Shown: positions 1-7,912 of the stretch, piece after piece | How positions within the stretch are numbered: position 1 is the stretch's first letter | Layout: each line of letters begins with the position of its first letter | DNA from: an uncultured virus (IMG/VR IMGVR_UViG_3300025530_000412) | Taxonomy: Duplodnaviria; Heunggongvirae; Uroviricota; Caudoviricetes | Strand: one strand, 5' to 3' | Virus record (IMG/VR): IMGVR_UViG_3300025530_000412 | DNA length: 20,000 bases | Made by a program: the position numbers and the translations under genes | Notes under the pieces: generated by a model | What the model was told of the DNA's origin: nothing | The model's database searches: none | What the model saw: the letters and a program-made list of their open reading frames with translations, nothing else

Positions 1-1
1 G

Positions 2-370
2 CTTACACCGTGCATGTATAATCATGTAGCCGATGTTAATGATGGTAAATTAAATTGGCACACAACCATTAGATCGTCAGATGTGGGATTGGGCCTACCA
101 TTTAATGTAAGTCAAACAGCAGTACTTGTTCATATGCTTGCACAAGTAACGGGATTACAAGTGGGTGAAATGTTGTTTACATTAGTAAATGCTCACTTAT
201 ACGAACAACATTTTGAACCCATTCAAGAAATTTTTAATCGCGAGCCCTATCCGGCACCTAAACTGTGGCTTAATCCTAATATTGCAAACTTTTATGATTT
301 TACAATTGATGATGTTAAACTGATTGATTATAAATATCACCCTCATATTCCATTAAGGGTAAGTGTTTGA
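2..370 (+). CDS. thyA: Thymidylate synthase, C-terminal part (5' end outside the window)
   Basis: Frame reads LTPC (catalytic Cys), RSSDVGLGLPFN, NAHLYEQH and a typical ThyA tail (FYDFTIDD...YKYHPHI...V). Confidence 0.93.
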   Translation, partial: LTPCMYNHVADVNDGKLNWHTTIRSSDVGLGLPFNVSQTAVLVHMLAQVTGLQVGEMLFTLVNAHLYEQHFEPIQEIFNREPYPAPKLWLNPNIANFYDFTIDDVKLIDYKYHPHIPLRVSV

Positions 371-390
371 AATAAAAATATAAATAAATA

Positions 391-419
391 TTGACAACAT
401 AAGATAAGTATGATATTTT
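391..419 (+). promoter_or_regulatory. Sigma-A-like promoter
   Basis: TTGACA (391-396), 17-nt spacer, TG-n-TATTTT (extended -10, 414-419). Confidence 0.55.
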
Positions 420-420
420 T

Positions 421-449
421 AGTGTAACCAAGTGAGGTTACACTTTTTT
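421..449 (+). terminator. Intrinsic terminator-like hairpin after thyA
   Basis: AGTGTAACC-aagtga-GGTTACACT perfect 9-bp stem followed by a T-run. Confidence 0.65.
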
Positions 450-468
450 ATTAAGGAGGTGATAATGA

Positions 469-1047
469 ATGTACATTGCCTATTCTGATGCATCCTGTGA
501 CAATCAAGTAACCAATAAATCTAGTATAGGATACATAATTTATCGTAGGAAAACTCTTGTTTGTAAAGCTTCAAGAATAATTGACTACAAAGTAAATTCA
601 ACTGAAGCAGAATATATTGCTCTATGCGAATTAATGAAAAAAGTTATTGAATTAAGAATACCAAAAGTGCTAATAAAAACCGATTGTAAAACAATCGTAG
701 ATCAAGTGATAGGTCAAGTAAATGTAAACGAAAAAATTTATCCATATTATCAAATGTTACAAGAGTTAATAAAATTACATAACAATGTTTTGATCGAATG
801 GATTCCAAGAAATGAAAACGCAAAGGCAAATAATCTTTGTGTAAAATCAAGAAAGAAAAATATAAATAAACTTGATATTTACAAGAGAAACTTTTATTGT
901 ACCAAATTAAGAGATACAAAAAATATAAAATTTTATCGGTGTAAAATCTGCAAAGAACGAAAATTCTTTACCGAATTTATCAAAAGTAAAGATAAAAATA
1001 AAATATGTTATTTTTGTGTAAATAAATTAATTGAAATTTCATACTGA
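469..1047 (+). CDS. Ribonuclease HI-like protein with C-terminal CxxC..CxxC extension
   Basis: YSDASC, NSTEAEYIAL, KTDCK and WIPRNENAKAN match RNase HI motifs. SD AAGGAGG upstream. Confidence 0.85.
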   Translation: MYIAYSDASCDNQVTNKSSIGYIIYRRKTLVCKASRIIDYKVNSTEAEYIALCELMKKVIELRIPKVLIKTDCKTIVDQVIGQVNVNEKIYPYYQMLQELIKLHNNVLIEWIPRNENAKANNLCVKSRKKNINKLDIYKRNFYCTKLRDTKNIKFYRCKICKERKFFTEFIKSKDKNKICYFCVNKLIEISY

Positions 1048-1066
1048 TACAAAAAGGAGTGTAAAA

Positions 1067-1300
1067 ATGAGAGTTATTGCAAAAGATAATTTGACTTTGT
1101 ATCCCCATACTTGGACAAAAGGACTTGATTATGAGTTGGTAAAGCATATTGATTATGTAACAATTGCTTCAAATGAGGGTCAAGTCAATTTCACAGGAGA
1201 GGCTATGGAACGATTGCATGAAGTATTTAAGAAACAATCGATATGCGACAATACAGATTTCACGAAAATCAAAAGGTTAACAAAAATAGGTGAGGGATGA
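1067..1300 (+). CDS. Hypothetical phage protein
   Basis: ORF with SD AAGGAG before ATG 1067 (start revised from 1031). Confidence 0.65.
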   Translation: MRVIAKDNLTLYPHTWTKGLDYELVKHIDYVTIASNEGQVNFTGEAMERLHEVFKKQSICDNTDFTKIKRLTKIGEG

Positions 1301-1306
1301 ATTGAA

Positions 1307-1660
1307 ATGGCAAATACTTACGGAGAAATAGATCACGATTATACAGATGAAATCACATGTCCGTGGTGTGGATATGAGTTTGGGGATAGTTGGGAAATAA
1401 AATCAGATAGCGAAGACTTAGGGCTAATAGAGTGCTACAAATGCGATAAGGAGTTTTATGCAACCAGAAATATAGAGGTCACTTGTTCAACAAGGAAAGC
1501 AACTTATGGAGAATGTAGAAAGTGTTATAAAAAGGATGTTGTCATAGAAAATTATTGGTCGTCTTTAGGGAAATACAAAGGTTTGTGTATTGAATGCGGC
1601 AAAAAAGAAAAGGAGCGTTTAACTAGAGAGTACATAGCGAAGCTTGTGGGTGACAAATAA
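1307..1660 (+). CDS. Zinc-finger-type hypothetical protein
   Basis: Four CxxC pairs (CPWC, CYKC, CRKC, CIEC). Confidence 0.7.
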   Translation: MANTYGEIDHDYTDEITCPWCGYEFGDSWEIKSDSEDLGLIECYKCDKEFYATRNIEVTCSTRKATYGECRKCYKKDVVIENYWSSLGKYKGLCIECGKKEKERLTREYIAKLVGDK

Positions 1661-1849
1661 CATGTTGCATTGGGGGAATCGATACATGGGTGAAGCATAA
1701 CGATGTAAGTAATCAGGATTAAGTACAAGGGAACCAAAACGTGAAAAAAAGTTCTTTAAGAAGAACAGTATAGAGTACTTGTTGATGATGAGAATCAGAT
1801 CAATACGAAACTTCAGAAGCAACTCACACTGTTCTAGGAGGGAAAAGGG

Positions 1850-2002
1850 ATGATCGGTAAATGCGATAAGTGCAAAGAGGAAAAGAAGATCGTATCCAGG
1901 GTCTTCCTCTTCGAGGGGGACGAAGAACCGTTGTTCCAATATTGTGCTGACTGCATGAAGATCACCGACGAATCCACCGCCACGGGGAGGGAAAAGGGAT
2001 GA
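1850..2002 (+). CDS. Small zinc-ribbon protein (50 aa, not in the ORF track)
   Basis: SD AGGAGG. MIGKCDKC...YCADCMK. Stop overlaps the next ATG. Confidence 0.6.
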   Translation: MIGKCDKCKEEKKIVSRVFLFEGDEEPLFQYCADCMKITDESTATGREKG

Positions 2003-2178
2003 CCGAATATTGCCCACGTTGCGGCGGCGAATTGACGGAAATGCCAACCAACCACTATACAAAGAAAATCTTGGCATGCGAGCGTTGCAGAAAAGAAGAT
2101 TTGAAGCGACTGCTGAACATATCCGACGAATCCACCGTCTACGGCAACGACTGTAGGGACGGGAAATGTGAGATGTGA
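1999..2178 (+). CDS. Small zinc-ribbon protein (59 aa, not in the ORF track)
   Basis: SD GGAGG. MTEYCPRCGG...ACERCRK. Confidence 0.6.
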   Translation: MTEYCPRCGGELTEMPTNHYTKKILACERCRKEDLKRLLNISDESTVYGNDCRDGKCEM

Positions 2179-2238
2179 AAGGAGGTAACACAAGTGAGCA
2201 AATTTGACTTTCTGCCACTTTCGGAACAGGAAAAGAAA

Positions 2239-2358
2239 ATGAACGATCCCGCAGTAAAACAAGCAATCCGAACGCTTAAAGTGAAAGGCATCACCATCAA
2301 ACAAATCGAAGAAGCTTTCCGGTATTATGATCGGTTGAAAAGGAGCGAACCCAAGTGA
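2239..2358 (+). CDS. Small hypothetical protein (39 aa)
   Basis: MNDPAVKQAIRTLKVKGITIKQIEEAF...; stop overlaps the GTG of the next gene; lies between 20-bp direct repeats. Confidence 0.4.
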   Translation: MNDPAVKQAIRTLKVKGITIKQIEEAFRYYDRLKRSEPK

Positions 2359-2639
2359 GCAAATTTGACTTCATGTTTTTCCACGACGGTTGTTATGTGA
2401 CCGACATCGTTGCGCCGAAATCGAAGTACACGAAAGAGGAATTTTTGGAAACCGCGCAATTTGAAAGCGATGGGTACGATTTTGCAGATGAAGTTAAACC
2501 GGAAAATATCCGCGAGAAATATGTCCGATGGTATCCTGTTCCGCCTGAAGATTGCGATTATGACGGTGACAAAGGCTGCTACACGTTCGGTAAGCCCGGA
2601 CGCGGAGCAATTCCGGTGTGGGCGATAAACGTCAGGTGA
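2355..2639 (+). CDS. Hypothetical phage protein
   Basis: SD AAGGAG, GTG start, tightly packed with its neighbours. Confidence 0.65.
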   Translation: MSKFDFMFFHDGCYVTDIVAPKSKYTKEEFLETAQFESDGYDFADEVKPENIREKYVRWYPVPPEDCDYDGDKGCYTFGKPGRGAIPVWAINVR

Positions 2640-2654
2640 AAGGAGAAAACACAA

Positions 2655-3599
2655 ATGACTGAATACCTGAGCAAGAAAGCGGTGTTGGAATGGTTGACAG
2701 AGCAGTATTTCCACGGCATGGGAGAGGAAGCGTGGAACACGGCTATATCCAAATTGCAAGAAAAGATCGAATCCGGCGCATTCGATGCAGATGAAATGGA
2801 ACATATCAACGCATATTGGGCGCGTGAAGGGTTGATCAAGCATCAGCAGGAGGAAATCCAGCGTCTTAGGGCGGCGTTGGTGGAAATCAAGCAACTTCTG
2901 AACGAAAATCGAGAAAATGACGGAGCATTTCAAAGTTGGAACCACATGCAAGCATGGAAGGTTGCGACACAAGCCCTCTCCACCACGACTGAACAAACCA
3001 AAGTCAAAACATGCATCATGTGCGGCAAACGCGAAGGTGTGAATCTTAGCACCGCTGGAAGATGGTACTGCGAAACCTGCACAGATGCTTTGCCGCCTAT
3101 TGACGCCGAACGTGAAGTGAAGGTGAAACGGGAAATTCGGCGTTTGCGAGAAGCGGCAACGGCGCTACATCAAACCTTGAACACTTATTGGTTGGGATAT
3201 TGCGAAAAGGCAGATGTCGTTGCGGCGCAGTCGAATCTCTGTGATGTTCTCTCCACCGCAACCGAACCAACCGGCCCTTACACCGTCCGCCGCGACGAAT
3301 ACGGTCATGCCGTCGCCATCGAGCGAAACGGATATACGGTTCTGCATCTCCAGCCCGGAACTGAGCGGAATGAGCAGGAAGTGGATGGAATCGTGGCGTT
3401 GCTGAACATGAATGCGGAGAAGGCGGAACGGGTGAGGGAATATTATCGCAAACTTGAAGAATTGCGAAATCGAACAAAATATCGTGATGCTGCCATTGAG
3501 TATGAGCAACGAATGACTGATATTTGCAATGTATTGGATTTTCTCAGCATCAAAATCCCGGGCATCAACGCGCCGGAAGGAGATGGGAACGATGCGTGA
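2655..3599 (+). CDS. Mosaic hypothetical phage protein with coiled-coil and zinc-finger segments
   Basis: SD AAAGGAG. Repeated EIxRLRxA...LSTxTE modules and a CIMC..CETC motif. Confidence 0.7.
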   Translation: MTEYLSKKAVLEWLTEQYFHGMGEEAWNTAISKLQEKIESGAFDADEMEHINAYWAREGLIKHQQEEIQRLRAALVEIKQLLNENRENDGAFQSWNHMQAWKVATQALSTTTEQTKVKTCIMCGKREGVNLSTAGRWYCETCTDALPPIDAEREVKVKREIRRLREAATALHQTLNTYWLGYCEKADVVAAQSNLCDVLSTATEPTGPYTVRRDEYGHAVAIERNGYTVLHLQPGTERNEQEVDGIVALLNMNAEKAERVREYYRKLEELRNRTKYRDAAIEYEQRMTDICNVLDFLSIKIPGINAPEGDGNDA

Positions 3600-3975
3600 G
3601 ATAAAGTTTCGCGGCAAACGGATTGATAACGGTGAATGGGTGTATGGTTATCTAATCGGCAATGATGTTATCGTCGGAGATATTGTGGAGTTTAACGACG
3701 AATATTTCAACACGGAATATTGGTTGAAAGTAGTACCTGAAACAGTCGGGCAATACACCGGCCTCAAGGACAAGAACGGGAAGGAGATTTATGAGGGTGA
3801 CATCATTCAACACATACCATCAAAAGGCAAGGGACGGGTATTCTTCGAAAAGGGCATATTCAAGGTGGAATGGCCAGCAATCGTCTCGTATCTTTGCGAT
3901 GTCCGACATAACTGCAAAGTAATCGGAAATATCCATGACAACCCCGAACTGCTGAAAGGAGAGGAAAATGAATGA
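3592..3975 (+). CDS. YopX family protein
   Basis: MREIKFRGK...GEWVYG...TVGQYTGLKDKNGKEIYEGDI...VIGNIHDNPELL is the YopX signature. Confidence 0.92.
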   Translation: MREIKFRGKRIDNGEWVYGYLIGNDVIVGDIVEFNDEYFNTEYWLKVVPETVGQYTGLKDKNGKEIYEGDIIQHIPSKGKGRVFFEKGIFKVEWPAIVSYLCDVRHNCKVIGNIHDNPELLKGEENE

Positions 3976-4244
3976 ATAAGCAAATGGTTGACGCCTTAAA
4001 TAGTCTGATTGTGGATGATTGGTCAGCATCCTGCGGAGAACTGGAATACGTTCTAGCTGAAAATTCAGAAGAAAACAGAAAAATTCTACTTGAAGCCGGA
4101 TTCACAGAAGAACAACTTAACAAAGCAACGGACGGTGGAAGAACCGACATAGATTTAACTTTACTTGCGCGGTATTACACTGATGCAGTTTGGTGGGATG
4201 AAAACGAGGGATTTAAAACGGAAGGAGACGGGAACGATGCGTGA
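3972..4244 (+). CDS. Hypothetical phage protein
   Basis: ATGA overlap with YopX, SD GAGG. Confidence 0.65.
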   Translation: MNKQMVDALNSLIVDDWSASCGELEYVLAENSEENRKILLEAGFTEEQLNKATDGGRTDIDLTLLARYYTDAVWWDENEGFKTEGDGNDA

Positions 4245-4419
4245 TCGATACGACGATTATGAATCGGATGTTGTATTCGACGTATGGATGCGCGGCGGAA
4301 ATGTCGATTTGATCGATTCAGACAAGGTTAGAGACTGCTATGATAGCGGCTATTATCCAGAAGAAGCCGCCGCACTTGAAATGAGGTTTCAGCGAAGGAA
4401 AAGAGGCGAGGATGAATGA
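4237..4419 (+). CDS. Hypothetical phage protein
   Basis: SD AAGGAG before ATG 4237 (start revised from 4165). Confidence 0.6.
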   Translation: MRDRYDDYESDVVFDVWMRGGNVDLIDSDKVRDCYDSGYYPEEAAALEMRFQRRKRGEDE

Positions 4420-4610
4420 TTTATTCAAGCAACAATTTCAACATTCACAAACAGTTGCTTATCAATGACTTCATTCGTCGATGGGGAAATGCTCAAGTAT
4501 GTCGTTCGTGTGGTTATGTATTGCCTTATGGTGTCTATGACAAAATTCAAAGATGCTGTGGTCAAGAAATGGAAATAGTCAAAAAATTGGAAGGAGACGA
4601 GAACACATGA
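4416..4610 (+). CDS. Small cysteine-containing hypothetical protein
   Basis: ATGA coupling at both ends; CRSC...CCG. Confidence 0.55.
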   Translation: MIYSSNNFNIHKQLLINDFIRRWGNAQVCRSCGYVLPYGVYDKIQRCCGQEMEIVKKLEGDENT

Positions 4611-4876
4611 TACGGTTGACCAAAAGCGGAAATGGCGAACCCGTCTATGTTTCTCCTGACCTGATCGTTAGTGCTGAAATTGTTGACGAGGTTACCATGC
4701 TCAATGTGAGGAGTGACAGGATATTCGTCACCGAAACCCCCGAAGAAGTCGTTCGCAAGGTGTTGGAATGGAAGTTGGCGATGGCTGACTATCAGGACTC
4801 GAGCGGAGAGTATCGCCAAATGATGCGCGAAACCCTAGAAGAACTGGCCGGATTGGAGGAACCGAACCATGACTGA
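4607..4876 (+). CDS. FlbD-family-like protein
   Basis: MIRLTK..GEPVYVSPDLI...VTETPEEVVRKV resembles the FlbD pattern MIxLTxLNG..xNxDLIE...VxETxEEV. Confidence 0.65.
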   Translation: MIRLTKSGNGEPVYVSPDLIVSAEIVDEVTMLNVRSDRIFVTETPEEVVRKVLEWKLAMADYQDSSGEYRQMMRETLEELAGLEEPNHD

Positions 4877-5222
4877 ACAATTGACCCGTGATGAGATTTT
4901 GGTGATGAAGCCGGGGCGCGAGTTGGATGCGCTGGTGGCGGAAAAGACGATGGGACAACGGTTTCGTAGCGAATGGCATAAGTTGCACAATGATACGATA
5001 GCTTGCTATTCCACCGACATAGCCGCAGCGTTTGAAGTCGAAACAAAAGCAATCGAGAATGACCCCTCTATGTATGTTCACGCACTTGCATCTGTGGTTT
5101 TCGGATATAACCAAGTACAAGACATATCGGACATTCGAAAAATGTGCATGTTGATCCACGCCACACCGGAACAACGATGCAAAGCGGCTCTACTGGCGGT
5201 GATGGACAATGAAACCAATTGA
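4869..5222 (+). CDS. Phage ABA-sandwich (BC1872-like) protein
   Basis: GRELDALVAEK...YSTDIAAA...ATPEQRCKAALLA pattern. Confidence 0.65.
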   Translation: MTEQLTRDEILVMKPGRELDALVAEKTMGQRFRSEWHKLHNDTIACYSTDIAAAFEVETKAIENDPSMYVHALASVVFGYNQVQDISDIRKMCMLIHATPEQRCKAALLAVMDNETN

Positions 5223-5466
5223 CCAGTATCGCTACAAATGGAAATATCGCGACGAGGAAAGACCGGAAGGTTATTGTTATGATTGTCGGATGAAATATAA
5301 TGAATTTCCTGATTTTATGATTCCAGATGAATTATGGGAAAAGATTAATCCTACTTATCATGAAGGTGCTGGTTTATTATGTCCAACATGTATTGCCAAT
5401 CGGTTGAATTTCTTAGGATTGTGGTATGAACCAGAACTATTTAACTTGAAGGGTGATGTACGATGA
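5209..5466 (+). CDS. Zinc-binding hypothetical protein
   Basis: CYDC...LLCPTCI; locally AT-richer than the flanking genes. Confidence 0.6.
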   Translation: MKPIDQYRYKWKYRDEERPEGYCYDCRMKYNEFPDFMIPDELWEKINPTYHEGAGLLCPTCIANRLNFLGLWYEPELFNLKGDVR

Positions 5467-5771
5467 CTGACACCGAAAAGAAGATTGCGGAGATACGTCG
5501 TAAATCTGTTCAAGGGAAAATTGTGCAGGTGCAAGCAGGAACGGTACATGAATTACTATCTGATATTCGTTTCCTCCTCTCCGAACTGGAGAGGTTGGAA
5601 CACGAATACGCCGAAGAACGGGAAAAGATGATTAAGGCACTAAAATTTTACGCCAACGAAGACAACTGGCGGAGCACCAGATTTGTCGTTGGACGAGCAG
5701 AAGCAGACAGCGGGCAAACAGCGCAGGACGTTTTGAAGAAAATCGGGGTGACGGTGTATGAACGGATATGA
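5463..5771 (+). CDS. Hypothetical phage protein
   Basis: ATGA coupling; C-terminus resembles that of 5978-6397. Confidence 0.65.
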   Translation: MTDTEKKIAEIRRKSVQGKIVQVQAGTVHELLSDIRFLLSELERLEHEYAEEREKMIKALKFYANEDNWRSTRFVVGRAEADSGQTAQDVLKKIGVTVYERI

Positions 5772-5955
5772 ATATGCTAAGTTTGTCTCCCGAGTCTGCC
5801 GGGAGCTTGAAGCAGAAATCGGCGTAACCCCCGTGCTTGGATGTGTACACAGAAATTGGAATGTTCTAAAGGGATGGCATGTTGTATTGTGCCATCCAGA
5901 AGATCAGGACAAAACGGATGAAACTCATTTTAAGCATCCGTACAGGGATATTTGA
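5758..5955 (+). CDS. Hypothetical phage protein
   Basis: Overlapping, co-oriented ORF in the packed array. Confidence 0.5.
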   Translation: MNGYEYAKFVSRVCRELEAEIGVTPVLGCVHRNWNVLKGWHVVLCHPEDQDKTDETHFKHPYRDI

Positions 5956-5956
5956 A

Positions 5957-5971
5957 GGGGGGGGGGGGGGG
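5957..5971. repeat. G15 homopolymer tract
   Basis: 15 consecutive G at the RBS position of the ATG at 5978. Confidence 0.9.
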
Positions 5972-5977
5972 CGACCA

Positions 5978-6397
5978 ATGACCTGCCAATACCCATCCTG
6001 CAGCGCACCGAAGGCTGGAGCAGAAGTGTTACTGGTTGAACTCGACCGCGAACGCGAGGAAAGCCGTAAACTGCGGGAGGAACTAGCCAAAGAAAAATAT
6101 GCTAATTCAATCATTGAAATGGATCGTGATAACTGGATTAGTGATTATAGCGAATTGCTAAAAGAACTCCAATCTGCACAGCAGGAGATCGAGCGGTTGC
6201 GGGAGGAACGAGACAAGCTGATCGAGGGGTTGCGGTGGTATGGGGATAGGGAAACATACGATGGGAACGTTGAATGGGATGATGATGGAAATATTATTCG
6301 TGCAGAATGGCCGCCCATTAACGTTGACAACGGCCAACGCGCCCGTAACATCCTACGCGAAATCGGTGTTACAGAAGATTATAATACAAAATTATAA
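5978..6397 (+). CDS. Coiled-coil hypothetical phage protein
   Basis: ATG 5978 follows the G-tract (start revised from 5879); heptad-rich middle region. Confidence 0.6.
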   Translation: MTCQYPSCSAPKAGAEVLLVELDREREESRKLREELAKEKYANSIIEMDRDNWISDYSELLKELQSAQQEIERLREERDKLIEGLRWYGDRETYDGNVEWDDDGNIIRAEWPPINVDNGQRARNILREIGVTEDYNTKL

Positions 6398-6407
6398 AAA
6401 TAAAATA

Positions 6408-6435
6408 TTGACAATCCGAAAGATTGTGATAGAAT
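6408..6435 (+). promoter_or_regulatory. Sigma-A-like promoter
   Basis: TTGACA (6408-6413), 16-nt spacer, TG-n-TAGAAT (6430-6435). Confidence 0.45.
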
Positions 6436-6814
6436 GAATCGCAAACACATAAGAAGAATCCAGTTATGCTTGCAATATGCTAAAAGAAGTAAAGTACCAC
6501 ATTACAAACACTGTGCAATTCTTGTTAAAGGAAATAAAATATTGTCTATTGGCATTAATAAAATGAAAGCTGGTTGTCTTGGTCATCCTTTGTATGAATA
6601 TAAGGGATGGCATTCTGAATTGGATTGCTTACATAAACTTTCATTAGAAGAAGTGAAAGGGGCAATTTTATATGTAGCTGGATTATCAAAAGGAGGAAAT
6701 ATAGTAACTTCAAAACCATGTAAATATTGTCAACAATATCTTAATCAATTTGATTTGAAAGCAATATACTATTCACTACCAAATGGTGAATATGGAATAA
6801 TGAAAATATCATAA
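6434..6814 (+). CDS. Cytidine/dCMP deaminase-like zinc protein
   Basis: HCAILVKG..ILSIGIN, HSE and KPCKYC (HxE...PCxxC). Confidence 0.85.
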   Translation: MNRKHIRRIQLCLQYAKRSKVPHYKHCAILVKGNKILSIGINKMKAGCLGHPLYEYKGWHSELDCLHKLSLEEVKGAILYVAGLSKGGNIVTSKPCKYCQQYLNQFDLKAIYYSLPNGEYGIMKIS

Positions 6815-6826
6815 CAGGTGATCAAC

Positions 6827-7063
6827 ATGACAAAAAAATATGTTTTACATTATTATAATTTAGAAACTGATGATAAAATATGTTTTGAAAGTGAAGATCC
6901 AATACAAGTAGAAAATGAAGCAATAAGACGAAGTATGAGCGATAATGGTAAATATACATATAGAATGGAAACATGGGAAAATGGAAAAATGATTGGTGAA
7001 TGGAGATTCTTTCAAAATGGTAGAGAGTTTACAATGGATATAATTCGTTCGGTAGTGAATTAA
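6827..7063 (+). CDS. Hypothetical phage protein
   Basis: SD AGGTGA before ATG 6827. Confidence 0.6.
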   Translation: MTKKYVLHYYNLETDDKICFESEDPIQVENEAIRRSMSDNGKYTYRMETWENGKMIGEWRFFQNGREFTMDIIRSVVN

Positions 7064-7089
7064 AAATAAAATATAAAGGAAGATATAAA

Positions 7090-7270
7090 ATGAAATTTGT
7101 TTATTATGATCCTGTCGCCTAACACCCGTGACTTTAATCGTGAGAGGTTCAAACTTCCCGAAGGCACATTTCCTTGGGTAAAAATGTGGGATTATGGCGA
7201 TTTAGGTTTAAGTATTTTTGTTATGCCATGTGTAGAACAATTAAAAACATGTTTTAACAGAAATATGTGA
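7090..7270 (+). pseudogene. Small ORF interrupted by a 40-bp IS200/IS605-type remnant
   Basis: SD AAAGGA and ATG 7090. Removing 7113-7152 gives an open 46-aa frame MKFVYYDPLPEGTFPW...NM*. Confidence 0.5.
7113..7152 (+). mobile_element. Miniature IS200/IS605-family end remnant (PATE-like)
   Basis: TGTCGCCTAACACCCGTGACTTTAATCGTGAGAGGTTCAA has an imperfect hairpin and a GGTTCAA terminus typical of IS605/tnpB element ends. Confidence 0.6.
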
Positions 7271-7407
7271 AGAGATGTTTAAAATAAAATATATTAGTAT
7301 TTACAGATAGTGAAGGAATAATTATTAATTTAATTGATGACATATTAAACATTTTGAAAAATTTTATAATGAAAAGGTTATTTAAACTAAAGAAACGAGG
7401 CATAAAA

Positions 7408-7605
7408 ATGAAAAATAAAAAATACAAAAATTTTGTCTATAGGCATCAAACAGTATATGCTCCATATCCATATAATATGAGTTATAATCCATCAAGATAT
7501 TATCCTGTCAAATTTTCAACCGATTTTATGTCGGATGAAGAAATTGAAGCAATGTCTGGTGAAGTGAAAATTTATAAATTACATAATGATGAAATAAATA
7601 AATAA
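7408..7605 (+). CDS. Hypothetical phage protein
   Basis: SD GAGG before ATG 7408. Confidence 0.5.
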   Translation: MKNKKYKNFVYRHQTVYAPYPYNMSYNPSRYYPVKFSTDFMSDEEIEAMSGEVKIYKLHNDEINK

Positions 7606-7620
7606 ATAAAGGAGTAAAGT

Positions 7621-7860
7621 ATGAATAATATAAATGAAGAACTACGGAAATTGATGTTTACATACATTGATTATCAAGAGAAGTTATACGAAGAAATTGA
7701 AGAAGCAAAACGTGATGGAGATGTAAATGGTGAATTAACAGGAGAAGCTATGTATAAAGCAATGAGTTTTGCTATTGCTAAATTGTTTCAAACTATGAAA
7801 ACAATTGGCATATTGGATGAGGAAGAAATTGAGTTTGGATCTGTAAAATTAATTCAATAA
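7621..7860 (+). CDS. Hypothetical phage protein
   Basis: SD AAAGGAG, ATG start. Confidence 0.65.
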   Translation: MNNINEELRKLMFTYIDYQEKLYEEIEEAKRDGDVNGELTGEAMYKAMSFAIAKLFQTMKTIGILDEEEIEFGSVKLIQ

Positions 7861-7912
7861 AAAATTTGGATAAAACACATGTTTTAACGGAAAAGAAAGG
7901 TAGTGAATATTT

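Noticed and set aside
5879..5977. N-terminal extension with poly-Gly through the G tract
   Set aside because: It overlaps another ORF and depends on homopolymer length; ATG 5978 is the more plausible start.
1552..6351. Minus-strand ORFs in the GC-richer block
   Set aside because: They are antisense to tightly coupled plus-strand genes that have good SD sites.
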